DNA of 64,000 nucleotides from an uncultured Acidobacteriota bacterium (GTDB lineage Bacteria; Acidobacteriota; Polarisedimenticolia; J045): NCBI GenBank assembly GCA_963702425.1, contig CAVPCQ010000012.1, positions 128,001 to 192,000 of the forward strand, read 5' to 3'. Shown piece by piece: positions 42,526 to 54,241 of this stretch (position 1 is its first letter; each line of letters starts with the position of its first letter). The notes under the pieces were generated by a model. It saw only the letters and a program-made list of their open reading frames with translations, ran no database searches and was not told where the DNA came from. The position numbers and the translations under genes were made by a program.

Positions 42526-43665
42526 CTACCTCCCGATCGTCGCCAGCAGCGCTTCCGCTTCCTTGTTGTGCGGCGACTGCCGCAGCGCGCGGTGCACTTG
42601 CCGCTCGGCGGCGTCGTAGTCGCCAAGCGCCATGTACGCCCGCGCCAGGCCGATCCGCGCCTGCACGAACTCCCGGTCCAGGTTCAGCGCGCGGCGGAAG
42701 GACTCGATCGCTTTCGCTGGCTCGTTCGGGAGCAGCGCCATCCCGCGGCGGTACTCCGGCACCGGGTCGCGCGCTCGTAGCGCGGCCCGCTTGACCTCCA
42801 TCTGCGCCGCAGCCTGTTCGTCCCCCCGCGCGCGCAGCACCCGGGCCAGGTTGCCGTACGGGGCGGCGTACTCGGGATCGAGGTCGATCGCCCGCCGGAA
42901 GAAGTTCGCGGCGGGCTCGAGCCGTCCCTGCCGCTCGTAGGCGACGCCCAGGTTGTTGGCCGCCCACGGGAGCTGCGGATCGAGCAGCACCGCGGCCTCG
43001 AAGTCTTCGGTCGCGGCCAGCAGGCTGTCCTTGCGCAGCTCCTGGTACCCCAGCGTGTTGTAGAAGCGCGCCATCGCCTCGAGGTCGGACAGCACGCGGT
43101 AGCGCGCGATCCCCGGCCCGACGCGGTCGAAGTCGTAGATCATCGTTTCCGTGCCCATCCCGAAGCCGGCGCAGATGTGCCGGTACTCGACGGTCAGCTC
43201 CCCTTCCGTTCCGTAGTCCCCCTTCTGCAGCGCCTCGACGTAGTAGACGCCGATCCCGAGCGAGCGCGCGAGGCCGATGTAGAGGTTCGTCAGGGAGAGG
43301 CAGTCGCCGCGGCGCTCGGCGAACGCCCCCTCGGCCGAGTAGGTGCGGTCGCGGTCGTACTCGAGCCCCAGCTCGGAGGGGTCGGTGAGCACGAGCGAGA
43401 GCTGGTCCAGGCGGCCCCACAGGCGTGTCTGGCCGACCGTCGCGTCGTGGGCCAGCTGCTGCAGCGAGCGGCTGATCTCGAAGGGGATGATGACGTGCTC
43501 GGCACGCTCGGGGCCAAGCCGCTCGCGCAGCTCGCGCCGCAGCTCCTCGGGGGTGAAGACGATCTTCGCCGGGCGCGTCGTGGCGCAGCCCGGAAGGAGC
43601 GCCAGCCCCAGCAGAACGGCGGCCGCCAGGGTGCCGCTCCACCTGGCGCCGTGGGTGGCCCACAT
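42526..43665 (-). CDS. Lipoprotein with transglutaminase-like domain and TPRs
   Basis: Lipobox LLPGC, GDCLSLTNLY Cys motif, HIC and YDF, C-terminal TPRs. Confidence 0.78.
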   Translation of the reverse strand: MWATHGARWSGTLAAAVLLGLALLPGCATTRPAKIVFTPEELRRELRERLGPERAEHVIIPFEISRSLQQLAHDATVGQTRLWGRLDQLSLVLTDPSELGLEYDRDRTYSAEGAFAERRGDCLSLTNLYIGLARSLGIGVYYVEALQKGDYGTEGELTVEYRHICAGFGMGTETMIYDFDRVGPGIARYRVLSDLEAMARFYNTLGYQELRKDSLLAATEDFEAAVLLDPQLPWAANNLGVAYERQGRLEPAANFFRRAIDLDPEYAAPYGNLARVLRARGDEQAAAQMEVKRAALRARDPVPEYRRGMALLPNEPAKAIESFRRALNLDREFVQARIGLARAYMALGDYDAAERQVHRALRQSPHNKEAEALLATIGR

Positions 43666-43813
43666 CGTCCGCCCTCCTGCCTGAAGTTAACGCGGCAGCG
43701 GCCGCCGGCCAAGGCCGCCGGGGAGGAGGCGCCGACCGCTGGCGTGGAGCGGGCGCCGCAGCCCCGCCCGGGCTGCCGGGCCGCGGTTATCCTCCTGGCA
43801 GGAGGTCACGACG

Positions 43814-45574
43814 ATGATCCGGCCCGGCAAGGTGCTGCTCCTTCTCGGTGGCCTCGTCGCTCTCGTGGCGGCGGGTGCCCTCGTCATCGCGCTGGCGGTC
43901 TGGATCGGCAAGCCCGGCGTCCCCGGGCAGACGATCCTGGAGATCGACTTCGAGCGCGGGATCGTGGCCCAGCTGGCCGACGACCCGGTGACGCGGCTGA
44001 CCGCCTCCGGCGCGATCTCGCTGCGCGACGTGATCGAGACGATCGAGCGCGCCGAGCAGGACAAGCGCGTCGTCGGCCTGTTCGCGCGGATCGGTGCAGG
44101 CGACTTCGGGATGGCGACGACGCAGGAGCTGCGCGACGCGGTACTGGCCTTCCGCAAGGCCGGCAAACCGGCGATCGCGTTCGCCGAGACCTTCGGCGAG
44201 TTCGGCCCCGGCAACCGCGGCTACTACCTGGCGACCGCGTTCGACGAGGTCTGGCTCCAGCCCTCGGGCGACATCGGTCTGATCGGCGTCGAGATGTGGA
44301 GCCCGTTCATCAAGGGAACGCTCGACAAGCTCGGCGTCGTGCCGCGCATGGACCACCGCTACGAGTACAAGAACGCGATGAACATCTTCACCGAGACGGG
44401 CCTTACGCCGCCCCACCGCGAGGCGATGCAGGCAATCGCCGACAGGTGGTTCGAGCAGCTCGTCGCCGGGATCGCTGCCGGGCGCAGGCTGCCGGAGGCC
44501 GAGGTCCGGGCGCTGATCAACCGGGGGCCGTTCCTGGGCGCGGAGGCGGTCAAGGCACGGCTGGTGGACGGGCTGGGCTACCGCGACGAGGTGGTCGAGA
44601 AGTTCAAGGTCAAGCTGACCGGCAAGCCGTCGATGGTCTGGCTGCCCGCCTATCTCGAGGCCGCCGGCCGGCCGCACGAGCGCGGCAAGAAGATCGCGCT
44701 GGTCTACGGCGTCGGCGGCGTGTCGCGCGGCCGCAGTTCGTTCGACCCGCTGTCGCAGGACCTGACGATGGGCTCGGACACGGTGACCGCAGCCTTCCGC
44801 GCGGCCGTCGCCGACAAGAAGGTCAAGGCGATCCTCTTCCGGGTCGACAGCCCCGGCGGTTCGTACGTCGCGTCGGACGCGATCTGGCGCGAGGTCGTGC
44901 GGGCGCGCGCGGCCGGCAAGCCGGTGATCGTCTCGATGGGGGACGTCGCCGGCTCGGGCGGCTACTTCGTCGCGATGGCGGCCGACAAGATCGTCGCCCA
45001 GCCGGGGACGATCACCGGATCGATCGGCGTCCTCGGCGGCAAGATGCTCACCGGCGCGCTGTGGGACAAGGCCGGCGTGAGCTGGGCCCAGGTCCACCAG
45101 GGGGACCGCGCCGGGATGTTCTCGACCGGCCAGGACTTCACGCCCGAGGAGTGGCAGCGCTTCCAGACCTGGCTCGACCGCGTCTACGCCGACTTCACCG
45201 GGAAGGTCTCCGAGGGGCGCAAGCTGCCGCTCGAGAGAGTGCAGGAGATCGCCAAGGGACGGATCTGGACTGGCGCCGACGCCAAGCGGATCGGGCTGGT
45301 GGACGAGTTGGGCGGGGTGCGCGAGGCGCTGGCGCTGGCCCGCCGCGCGGCCGGGCTGACGCCGGACGAGGCGATCGAGATCGCCGAGTTCCCGGCGCCG
45401 CGTGGGATGTTCGGCGCTCTGTTCGGCGGCGAGGACCGCAGCAGCGAGCCGGCGACGCGGATCGAGGTGCGGGCGCTGGAGACGCTGCGCAGGCTGGACG
45501 CGATGGCGGCGCAGGCCGTGGGCTCGGAGCGCGACTCGGTGCTGCGGATGGGGGTCGTGCCGGAGGGGCGGTAG
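43814..45574 (+). CDS. sppA: Signal peptide peptidase SppA (long form)
   Basis: EYKNA, RVDSPGGS, SMGDVAGSGGY, TGSIGV, KGRIWTG. Confidence 0.93.
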   Translation: MIRPGKVLLLLGGLVALVAAGALVIALAVWIGKPGVPGQTILEIDFERGIVAQLADDPVTRLTASGAISLRDVIETIERAEQDKRVVGLFARIGAGDFGMATTQELRDAVLAFRKAGKPAIAFAETFGEFGPGNRGYYLATAFDEVWLQPSGDIGLIGVEMWSPFIKGTLDKLGVVPRMDHRYEYKNAMNIFTETGLTPPHREAMQAIADRWFEQLVAGIAAGRRLPEAEVRALINRGPFLGAEAVKARLVDGLGYRDEVVEKFKVKLTGKPSMVWLPAYLEAAGRPHERGKKIALVYGVGGVSRGRSSFDPLSQDLTMGSDTVTAAFRAAVADKKVKAILFRVDSPGGSYVASDAIWREVVRARAAGKPVIVSMGDVAGSGGYFVAMAADKIVAQPGTITGSIGVLGGKMLTGALWDKAGVSWAQVHQGDRAGMFSTGQDFTPEEWQRFQTWLDRVYADFTGKVSEGRKLPLERVQEIAKGRIWTGADAKRIGLVDELGGVREALALARRAAGLTPDEAIEIAEFPAPRGMFGALFGGEDRSSEPATRIEVRALETLRRLDAMAAQAVGSERDSVLRMGVVPEGR

Positions 45575-45590
45575 GGGCGGTTCGCGTGGG

Positions 45591-45864
45591 GGCGCGGGAG
45601 CGCGAGAGGCCCGCTGGCGAGTGGGTCGCTTCGCTCCAACACTCGCCAGCGGGCCTCTCGCGCTGCCGCGCCGGAGGGGTGCCGCCTCCCCGCATAAGAA
45701 GAAGAGAAGTGTGTTCAGCGATCGGGGCGCGTGGCGCGCGGTGAATACCGTTTCTTCTTTTCCTCACGAGGGCGGAGCGGCGCGGTGAAGGAGAGGACGG
45801 GGTCCGGCGAGTGTTGGAGCGGCGCGACCCACTCGCCGGACCCCGGTCTCTCCTGCTCCGCGCC
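45591..45864. repeat. Tripartite palindromic element, copy B
   Basis: Hairpins 45591-45672 and about 45779-45864 share the core of copy A in opposite orientations. Confidence 0.88.
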
Positions 45865-45870
45865 CCCCAG

Positions 45871-46083
45871 CTACCCCTCGTCCTCCTCGTCCCACTTGCG
45901 GGGCGGCGCGTCCGGATCCTCCGCCAGGAAGAACTCCTCCGCGCAGCGTTTCGAGCAGAACGGCTTACCGCCGCGGCGGTGGGCGTGCTCACCGCAGAAG
46001 CGCGAGTGGCACATCGCGCAGATCTGGAGCCGCGCCTCGGTCGGCCCCTTGCCGCAGGTCCTGCACTTCACCTCGCCGCTCAT
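45871..46083 (-). CDS. Small zinc-finger protein (AN1-like plus FCSxxC)
   Basis: RBS AGGAGG; CxxC-x11-CxxC-x4-CxxH-x9-CxxxC; 70 aa. Confidence 0.78.
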   Translation of the reverse strand: MSGEVKCRTCGKGPTEARLQICAMCHSRFCGEHAHRRGGKPFCSKRCAEEFFLAEDPDAPPRKWDEEDEG

Positions 46084-46096
46084 CGCGCCTCCTGCG

Positions 46097-46754
46097 CTAC
46101 TGCCTGACGAAAATATAGGGTCCCTTCTCCGCGCCCCAGACCTGTTTGCCGGAGGCGTCGTAGCCGCGGTCCCAGCTCTTCCAGCTCGGTCGCGGCGATC
46201 GTGACCTCCGAGGTGGCGTACGACGCGCCGCGCAGGTCGCTGCCGCACTCCTTGCCGACCGTCGATCCCGTCCAGACCGGGCCGGATCTCTTCAGCACCA
46301 CCGCGCACCCCTTGCGGACGGCCAGCGCCTCCGGCGCGAGCCCGGTCAGCTTCGCCGGGTCCTGCCCGGCCCCGGCGTACTGCAGCGGCGGGTCGGGCAG
46401 CGTGAAGACGCGGCTCTCGATCGCTCCCGCGCCGGTCCGTACGAGCTGGTAGACGCGCTGGCGGTAGGGCTTGTCGAGTGCGGTCGCGGCGGCCTGCTCG
46501 ACATAGAGCCACGGCCCGTCGGCGCGGTCGGTCCAGATCGGGACCATGACGAGGTGGATGTCGCGGTAGTTCTCGGGATCGGCCGCCGCTTGCGCGGCGC
46601 TGCTGTACGAGCCGGCCATCGCGGCCGACAGCTCGGCCAGGCCGGGGTCGGGAGGGGCGCCGGCGTGCGCCGGCCGCGGCGCCACGGCGAGGAGGGCGGC
46701 AAGCGCCGCCATGAGAGTCGTTCCCGTCCGAAGTAGCCCACGCTGTGCGCGCAT
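46097..46754 (-). CDS. CpcT/CpeT chromophore-lyase-like secreted protein; apparent frameshift at ~46181
   Basis: WLYVEQA...KPYRQRVY; the shifted frame gives SWDRGYDASGKQVWGAEKGPYIF and a stop at 46097. Confidence 0.8.
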
Positions 46755-46959
46755 CGACCTCTCCTTGCCGCGGGGGTGGGCATTATCCGCTGCGTTGGGG
46801 GCGCCGGGGACGCCACCCGCAGGGAGGACAGGGCGGGTGCCGGGCGGGCCGACCGCGGCGCCAGGTGGCGGGCGTCGGCGGGGACGAGGCGGGGCCGCGC
46901 CGGACCCTCGGCTACCCCTTCCGGCGGGCTTGAGGGTAGAATCCCGCGCTTTCCCGGGT

Positions 46960-47034
46960 GGCGGTGTAGCTCAGTGGCAGAGCACGCGGCTCATAACCGC
47001 GGAGTCCCGGGTTCAAGTCCCGGCACCGCTACCA
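46960..47034 (+). tRNA. tRNA with CAT anticodon, probably elongator Met
   Basis: GGCGGTG/CACCGCT acceptor stem, CTCATAA loop, GTTCAAG T-loop, encoded CCA; TAGAAT -10 just upstream. Confidence 0.95.
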
Positions 47035-47366
47035 GATCCCCTCCGCATCGACGCCAGCCACGCTTCGAGGACCGCGAGGTGTCCCGCGAGCCGGCCGTAG
47101 ATCGCCTCGGCCAGGTCGACGAGGTCAACCCGGTAGGGGACGGTGCCCTCTTCCAGCGCTTCGCGGATCCAGGCCAGCAGTCCCTCGGGGAGCGGACGCC
47201 GCGCCCTGACGGTGACGTCGATGTCGCTGGCGCGGTGGCGGTCCCCGCGCGCCCAGGAGCCGAACAGGTTGACCTCGGCCCCGTGGGGTGCGACAGCCGA
47301 AACGACGATCTCCCGTACGCGGGAAAACGCCCGCTCGGCCACCGAATCACGGTCGGCGGTATGCAC
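47013..47366 (-). pseudogene. Minimal nucleotidyltransferase (MNT), apparently fused to a HEPN-like tail
   Basis: LFGSWARG...SDIDV...VDLV; atypical tail; ORF runs into the tRNA. Confidence 0.65.
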
Positions 47367-47465
47367 GGAGGAATCGTAGCGCCTCGAGAACAGTGAGGGC
47401 CCAGGCGTGTGTTTGCGCTCTGAGATGGCCGCATCGACCCCAACCTGGCCCCGTGTGCCCCCGCC

Positions 47466-47816
47466 CTACCCCATCTCCTGCACCGGCCGCACCTCGATCG
47501 AGCCGATCCGGGCCGACGGGATCCGCTCCGCGATCGCGACCGCTTCCTCCAGCGACTCGGCGTCGATTAGATAGAAGCCGCCGAGCTGCTCCTCCGTGGC
47601 CACCGAGGGGCCCGGCTCCGCGACCGCTTTCCCTTCGCGCACCCGCACGGTGACCGCCGCGTGGGCCGGCTGGAACGGCTCGCCGGCGACGAAGTTCCAC
47701 GAGCGGCGGAGCGCGTGCGTGAAGTCGAGGTACTCCTCGTACATCGCGTGCCGCTCCGCCTCCGACATCGCCTCCCACTCGGACTCGCGGTCGTAGATCA
47801 GCAGCATGAAGCGCAT
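47466..47816 (-). CDS. YciI/DGPF-like protein
   Basis: MRFMLLIY, EQLGGFYLI, GSIEVRP. Confidence 0.88.
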   Translation of the reverse strand: MRFMLLIYDRESEWEAMSEAERHAMYEEYLDFTHALRRSWNFVAGEPFQPAHAAVTVRVREGKAVAEPGPSVATEEQLGGFYLIDAESLEEAVAIAERIPSARIGSIEVRPVQEMG

Positions 47817-47869
47817 GGGCGGGGCCTCCGCGCGCTATTCTCCCCCCGGTTGCCTCTCCCGGGATCCCC

Positions 47870-48931
47870 ATGCTGCCCAGCTCGCTGCTCGCTCTCGCCC
47901 CACCTTCCCTGCTCCACGAGCTGACCCGCCCGTGGGCGCCGGAGCCCGGGGCGCGCGTGCTGGTCGCGGTCTCGGGGGGGGGCGACTCGGTCGCGCTCTG
48001 CCGGCTGCTCGCGGCGCTCGCGCCGGGTCGCGGCTGGACGCTGGCGGTGGCGACGCTCGACCATGGCCTGCGCGGCGAGGAGAGCGCCGCCGACCGTCGC
48101 TTCGTCGAGGCGCTCGCGGCCTCGCTGGGGCTCCGCTGTTACGCCGGCGAGGCCGGGTCGGTGGGGGCGTCCGGGTCGCGGGCGCCATCCCGCCCAGCCA
48201 GGACGGCAGACACCGCGGCCCCCCCCTCCGAGGCCACGCTGCGCGCCGTGCGGCGCTCCTTCCTGACGGCGGCTGCGGCCGAGGCCGGCGCCGCCTGCAT
48301 CGCGCTCGGCCACACGCTCGACGACCAGGCCGAGACCGTCCTGCACCGGCTGGCGCGCGGCACGGGGCTGGCCGGCACGCGCGCAATGGCACGCTGGGCG
48401 CCGCCCTTCTGGCGCCCGCTGCTCGGGGTGCGGCGCACCGACCTGCGGCACCTGCTCGAAGCGGCGGGCCACCGCTGGCGCGAGGACTCCAGCAACCGCG
48501 AGCCGGGCGCCGCACGCAACCGCCTGCGCCTGGGCGCACTGCCGGCGCTGGAGGCTGCACTCGGCCCCGCGGTCGTCGAGAACCTCGCCCGCGCCGCCGA
48601 GCTGGCGCGCGACGACGAGGAGCTGCTCGACGCGCTGGCGGCCGAAGAGGAACCGCGCGTCGTGGCCGACCGCGAGCCGGACGCGATCGCACTCGACCGC
48701 CGCGCGCTGACCGGACTGCCCACCGCGCTGGCCCGGCGGATCGTGCGCCGCGCGCTGGTCGCGCTCGACCCCGGGCAGCCGGGCGCGGCGACCCACGTGC
48801 GCGCGGTGCTGGCCCTCTCCCGGGCCGAGGGCCCCGGTACCGAGGCGCACCTACCGCGCGGGGTCCTCGCACGGCGGGAGGAGGGCCGGGTTATCCTCTC
48901 GCGTCCCCCTTGCGCGCAGGACACTCCATGA
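47870..48931 (+). CDS. tilS: tRNA(Ile)-lysidine synthetase
   Basis: VAVSGGGDS, DHGLR, GHTLDDQAETVL, EDSSN, RNRLR. Confidence 0.93.
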   Translation: MLPSSLLALAPPSLLHELTRPWAPEPGARVLVAVSGGGDSVALCRLLAALAPGRGWTLAVATLDHGLRGEESAADRRFVEALAASLGLRCYAGEAGSVGASGSRAPSRPARTADTAAPPSEATLRAVRRSFLTAAAAEAGAACIALGHTLDDQAETVLHRLARGTGLAGTRAMARWAPPFWRPLLGVRRTDLRHLLEAAGHRWREDSSNREPGAARNRLRLGALPALEAALGPAVVENLARAAELARDDEELLDALAAEEEPRVVADREPDAIALDRRALTGLPTALARRIVRRALVALDPGQPGAATHVRAVLALSRAEGPGTEAHLPRGVLARREEGRVILSRPPCAQDTP

Positions 48932-49449
48932 GACGGCTCTCGCCCGAGATCCTGATTCCCGCCGACAAGATCCGCGCCCGCGTGCTCGAGCTGGCCGAGG
49001 AGATCGGCCGCGACACGCCGGAGGATGGCGAGATCGCGGTGCTGGTCGTGCTCAAGGGGGCGTTCATCTTCGGTGCCGACCTGGTGCGGGCGATCCCGCG
49101 CCGGACGCGGATCGGCTTCCTCGAGTCGCACAAGGACCCGCACAACAAGGGGATGGCCGACTTCATCTTCACCCATCCCTTCCCGGTCGAGGGGGCCGAC
49201 CTGCTGGTCATCGAGGACATCCTCGACACCGGGTGGACGATGGACCACATGTTCGCCCGGCTGCGCTCCCGCCGGCCGAAGCGGCTGCGCTCGGTCGTGC
49301 TGCTCGACAAGAAGCCGCGGCGGGAGGTCGAAGTGCCGATCGACTACGTCGGTTTCGAGATCCCGGACGTCTGGGTCGTCGGCTACGGGCTGGACGACGG
49401 CGAGACCTTCCGCAATCTCCCGGACGTCCGGTTCACGGTCGAGAGCTGA
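48928..49449 (+). CDS. hpt: Hypoxanthine phosphoribosyltransferase
   Basis: VLKGAFIF, IEDILDTG, LLDK, VVGYGLD; conserved position between tilS and ftsH. Confidence 0.9.
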   Translation: MRRLSPEILIPADKIRARVLELAEEIGRDTPEDGEIAVLVVLKGAFIFGADLVRAIPRRTRIGFLESHKDPHNKGMADFIFTHPFPVEGADLLVIEDILDTGWTMDHMFARLRSRRPKRLRSVVLLDKKPRREVEVPIDYVGFEIPDVWVVGYGLDDGETFRNLPDVRFTVES

Positions 49450-49544
49450 CCGGGCGCCTGCCGGCCCGTTCCGGCCCCGTTTGGCGGGGGAGGTCCCCGG
49501 AGCCTTAGAATGTCCCGGAAGGCACCCCCGTCCGGAGGCCCACG

Positions 49545-51488
<1,944 letters not shown>

Positions 51489-51513
51489 CCGGCAACCCCT
51501 CGCGCGCGCCGCG

Positions 51514-52698
51514 ATGACCGCCCTCGCCTGGGACCTTCTCCAGCCGGCGGACGTCGCGGCGTTCCTCGGTCCCGAAGGACTGGTCGACCAGGTGTCGCGT
51601 GTGCCGTGGCCCTGCCGCGCCGCGCGCCTCGAGCTGCCGCCAGGCGGCTGCGCGGCGCTTCCCGTCCCGCTCCCGGCGGGGGTCGTCGTGCTGGAAACCG
51701 CGCCGGGGCTGGCGGGCGCTCCGGCGCCCGTCTCCGCGGCGCCGCGCGCGGTGGTCGCCGGGCCGGCCACCGGACTCGCCCAGCTCGGGCCGGCCTGGCC
51801 GGAGCTGGCTGCCCTCGTCGCGCGCCTCGAGCGCGCCCCGCTCCGGCTGCGCTTCGCCGACGACGCGGTCTGGGACCTGTCGGACCGCCCGCACCTCATG
51901 GCGGTCCTCAACGTCACCCCCGACTCCTTCTCCGACGGCGGCCGATTCGAAGCCCCCGCGGATGCGCTGGCCCATGCCGAGCGCTGCCTCGCGGAGGGGG
52001 CGGACCTGCTCGACGTCGGCGGCGAGTCGACGCGGCCGGGAGCCGCGCCGGTGGACGAGGAGGCCGAGTCGCGCCGGGTCGTGCCGGTCGTCGCGGCGCT
52101 CCGGGCCCGCTTTCCGGCGGTCCGGATCTCGATCGACACCCGCCACGCGGCGGTGGCGCGCCGCGGGCTGGACGCCGGCGCCGACCTGATCAACGACGTC
52201 TCGGCCGGCGCTGATCCGGCGCTGCTGCCGCTGGCGGCCGCGGCCGGGGTCCCGGTCGCACTGATGCACATGCGCGGCGAACCGGCGACGATGCAGCGCG
52301 GCACCGGCTACGCGGACCTCGTCGGCGAGGTCGCGGAGGCGCTCGGCTCGGCCGCCGAACGCGCGCGGAGAGCTGGCGTCGCGGATGATAGAATCCTGCT
52401 CGATCCGGGCCTCGGCTTCGGCAAGTCGGCGGAGGGGAACGAGTTGCTGCTCCGCCAGCTCGGTGCGCTGCGCAGCCTCGGGTACCCGATCCTGGTCGGG
52501 GCCTCGAGGAAGGCGTTCATCGGTCGTCTGACCGGCGTGCGCGATCCGGCCGCGCGGCTCGCCGGCAGTGTGGCGGCGGCGGTCGTCGCCGCGCTGCGGG
52601 GGGCGGCGATGCTTCGCGTCCATGACGTCGGGGCCACGCGCGAGGCCCTGGCGGTTGCGGCGGCGCTGCGCCGCGCGCGGGGGACGGACGGGTGCTGA
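51514..52698 (+). CDS. folP: Dihydropteroate synthase with N-terminal extension
   Basis: LNVTPDSFSDGG, GGESTRPG, DPGLGFGK, SRKAF, RVHDV. Confidence 0.93.
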   Translation: MTALAWDLLQPADVAAFLGPEGLVDQVSRVPWPCRAARLELPPGGCAALPVPLPAGVVVLETAPGLAGAPAPVSAAPRAVVAGPATGLAQLGPAWPELAALVARLERAPLRLRFADDAVWDLSDRPHLMAVLNVTPDSFSDGGRFEAPADALAHAERCLAEGADLLDVGGESTRPGAAPVDEEAESRRVVPVVAALRARFPAVRISIDTRHAAVARRGLDAGADLINDVSAGADPALLPLAAAAGVPVALMHMRGEPATMQRGTGYADLVGEVAEALGSAAERARRAGVADDRILLDPGLGFGKSAEGNELLLRQLGALRSLGYPILVGASRKAFIGRLTGVRDPAARLAGSVAAAVVAALRGAAMLRVHDVGATREALAVAAALRRARGTDGC

Positions 52699-53546
52699 TC
52701 CAGCGGCTGGTCGAGGCCCTGCGCCTGGAACAACTGCGCGACCCGCTGGCGTGGCTCGACGTCGTCCTGCTCGCGTTCGTCATCTACCAGGTGCTGCTGA
52801 TGATCCGGCGCACGCGCGCGGTCCAGGTCACCTACGGCCTGCTGCTGCTGCTGGTGCTCTGGTTCTTCACCGATCCTTCCGGTCTGCTGCCGCTCAGGGC
52901 GCTCCACGAGGTGCTCGGGACGCTGCTCTTCTACCTGCCGTTCGTCGTGATCGTGCTGTTCCAGTCGTCGATCAAGCAGGCCCTGGCGCGCTTCGGCGCG
53001 CTGTCGTTCCTGCCGCTGCGGCAGCCGGAAGTCGGCGATCCGGCGATCCTCGAGGCGGCCCTCGCCGCCTCTTCGATGGCCTCGACCCGGACCGGTGCGC
53101 TGATCGTCTTCGAACGGATCCAGGGGCTGAAGAGCTACGCCGACACCGGGATCGCGCTCGACGCCGCGGTCAGCTACGACCTGCTGGTCAACATCTTCAC
53201 GCCGCGCACGCCGCTGCACGACGGCGCGGTGATCATCGGCGAGGGGCGGATCAAGGCCGCCAGCGCCTTCCTGCCACTGTCGACCGATCCCTTCATCTCG
53301 CGCACCTTCGGGACCCGGCACCGGGCCGCACTGGGGATCACCTCGGAGACCGACGCGGTCGCCGTGGTGGTCTCGGAGGAGCGCGGCATGGTCTCGATCG
53401 CGGTCGACGGCCGACTGGAGCAGGACCTCGACACCCGCCGGCTGCGCGAGCGCCTGACGCAGCTCCTCTCTCCCGAGCGCGGCCGGCGCGGGCGGCGCCG
53501 GCGCGCCGCGGCGCGGCTCGCCGCCTCCCGCGGGGCCGCGTCATGA
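52692..53546 (+). CDS. cdaA: Diadenylate cyclase CdaA/DacA
   Basis: Three TM helices, LHDGAV and GTRHRAA catalytic motifs. Confidence 0.93.
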   Translation: MLIQRLVEALRLEQLRDPLAWLDVVLLAFVIYQVLLMIRRTRAVQVTYGLLLLLVLWFFTDPSGLLPLRALHEVLGTLLFYLPFVVIVLFQSSIKQALARFGALSFLPLRQPEVGDPAILEAALAASSMASTRTGALIVFERIQGLKSYADTGIALDAAVSYDLLVNIFTPRTPLHDGAVIIGEGRIKAASAFLPLSTDPFISRTFGTRHRAALGITSETDAVAVVVSEERGMVSIAVDGRLEQDLDTRRLRERLTQLLSPERGRRGRRRRAAARLAASRGAAS

Positions 53547-54214
53547 GCCGCTTGCGCCGCGCTCTCGGCCAGAACCTCGGCCTGAAGCTCGTCTCGCTCG
53601 GACTGGCCTACCTGGTCTGGGCCTGGGTCGTCGGCCGTGCCCCGCTGGTGCGCTTCGAACAGATCCCGATCGACCTGCAGGCCCCCTCGGGCGTAGTCGT
53701 GCTCGAGTTCTCGCCGGCCACGGTGACGGTCCGCCTGCAGGGCGATCCCGGCGTCGTGCGCCGCATCAACAGCGCCGACGTCGTGGCGCGGATCCGCGCC
53801 CCGCGCGTCGACGGGCGCGCGACCAAGACGCTGACGATCGAGCCCGAGAACGTCGTCGGGCTCCCGTCGGGGGTCGACGTGCAGCTCCGCGAGCCGCAGG
53901 TCAAGGCGGTGCTCGAGAGCGCACTGGTCAAGACCGTGCGCGTCATCCCGCGCACGACCGGCCGCGTGCCGTTCGGGTACCGGGTCGTCCAGCTGCAGAG
54001 CGATCCCGGCGTCGTGACCGTGCGGGGCCCGGTGAGCGCGGTGCGCCCACTGCAGACCGTCGCGACCGAAGAGATCGAGCTTGCCGGCCACAGCCTGCCG
54101 TTCACCGCGCGCTCCACCCTGGCGCGCACCGAATCCCACCTGACCTTCGACCCGGAGGCGGTCCGGGTGTCGATCGACATCCAGCCGCTCCCGGAGCTTC
54201 CCGACCAGGACTGA
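53543..54214 (+). CDS. cdaR: CdaR/YbbR-like regulator
   Basis: NLGLKLVSLGLA TM helix, PxxVTVRG repeats, located between cdaA and glmM. Confidence 0.82.
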   Translation: MSRLRRALGQNLGLKLVSLGLAYLVWAWVVGRAPLVRFEQIPIDLQAPSGVVVLEFSPATVTVRLQGDPGVVRRINSADVVARIRAPRVDGRATKTLTIEPENVVGLPSGVDVQLREPQVKAVLESALVKTVRVIPRTTGRVPFGYRVVQLQSDPGVVTVRGPVSAVRPLQTVATEEIELAGHSLPFTARSTLARTESHLTFDPEAVRVSIDIQPLPELPDQD

Positions 54215-54241
54215 CCCGCCGGCGACACACGAGGACGACCC

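Noticed and set aside
46960-47034. tRNA-Ile2 assignment suggested by nearby tilS
   Set aside because: The GGCGGTG acceptor stem resembles elongator Met and lacks the C4/C5 pairs of E. coli Ile2; not fully excluded.
46960-47466. Integrative element at the tRNA
   Set aside because: No integrase and no duplicated tRNA 3' end seen in the window.
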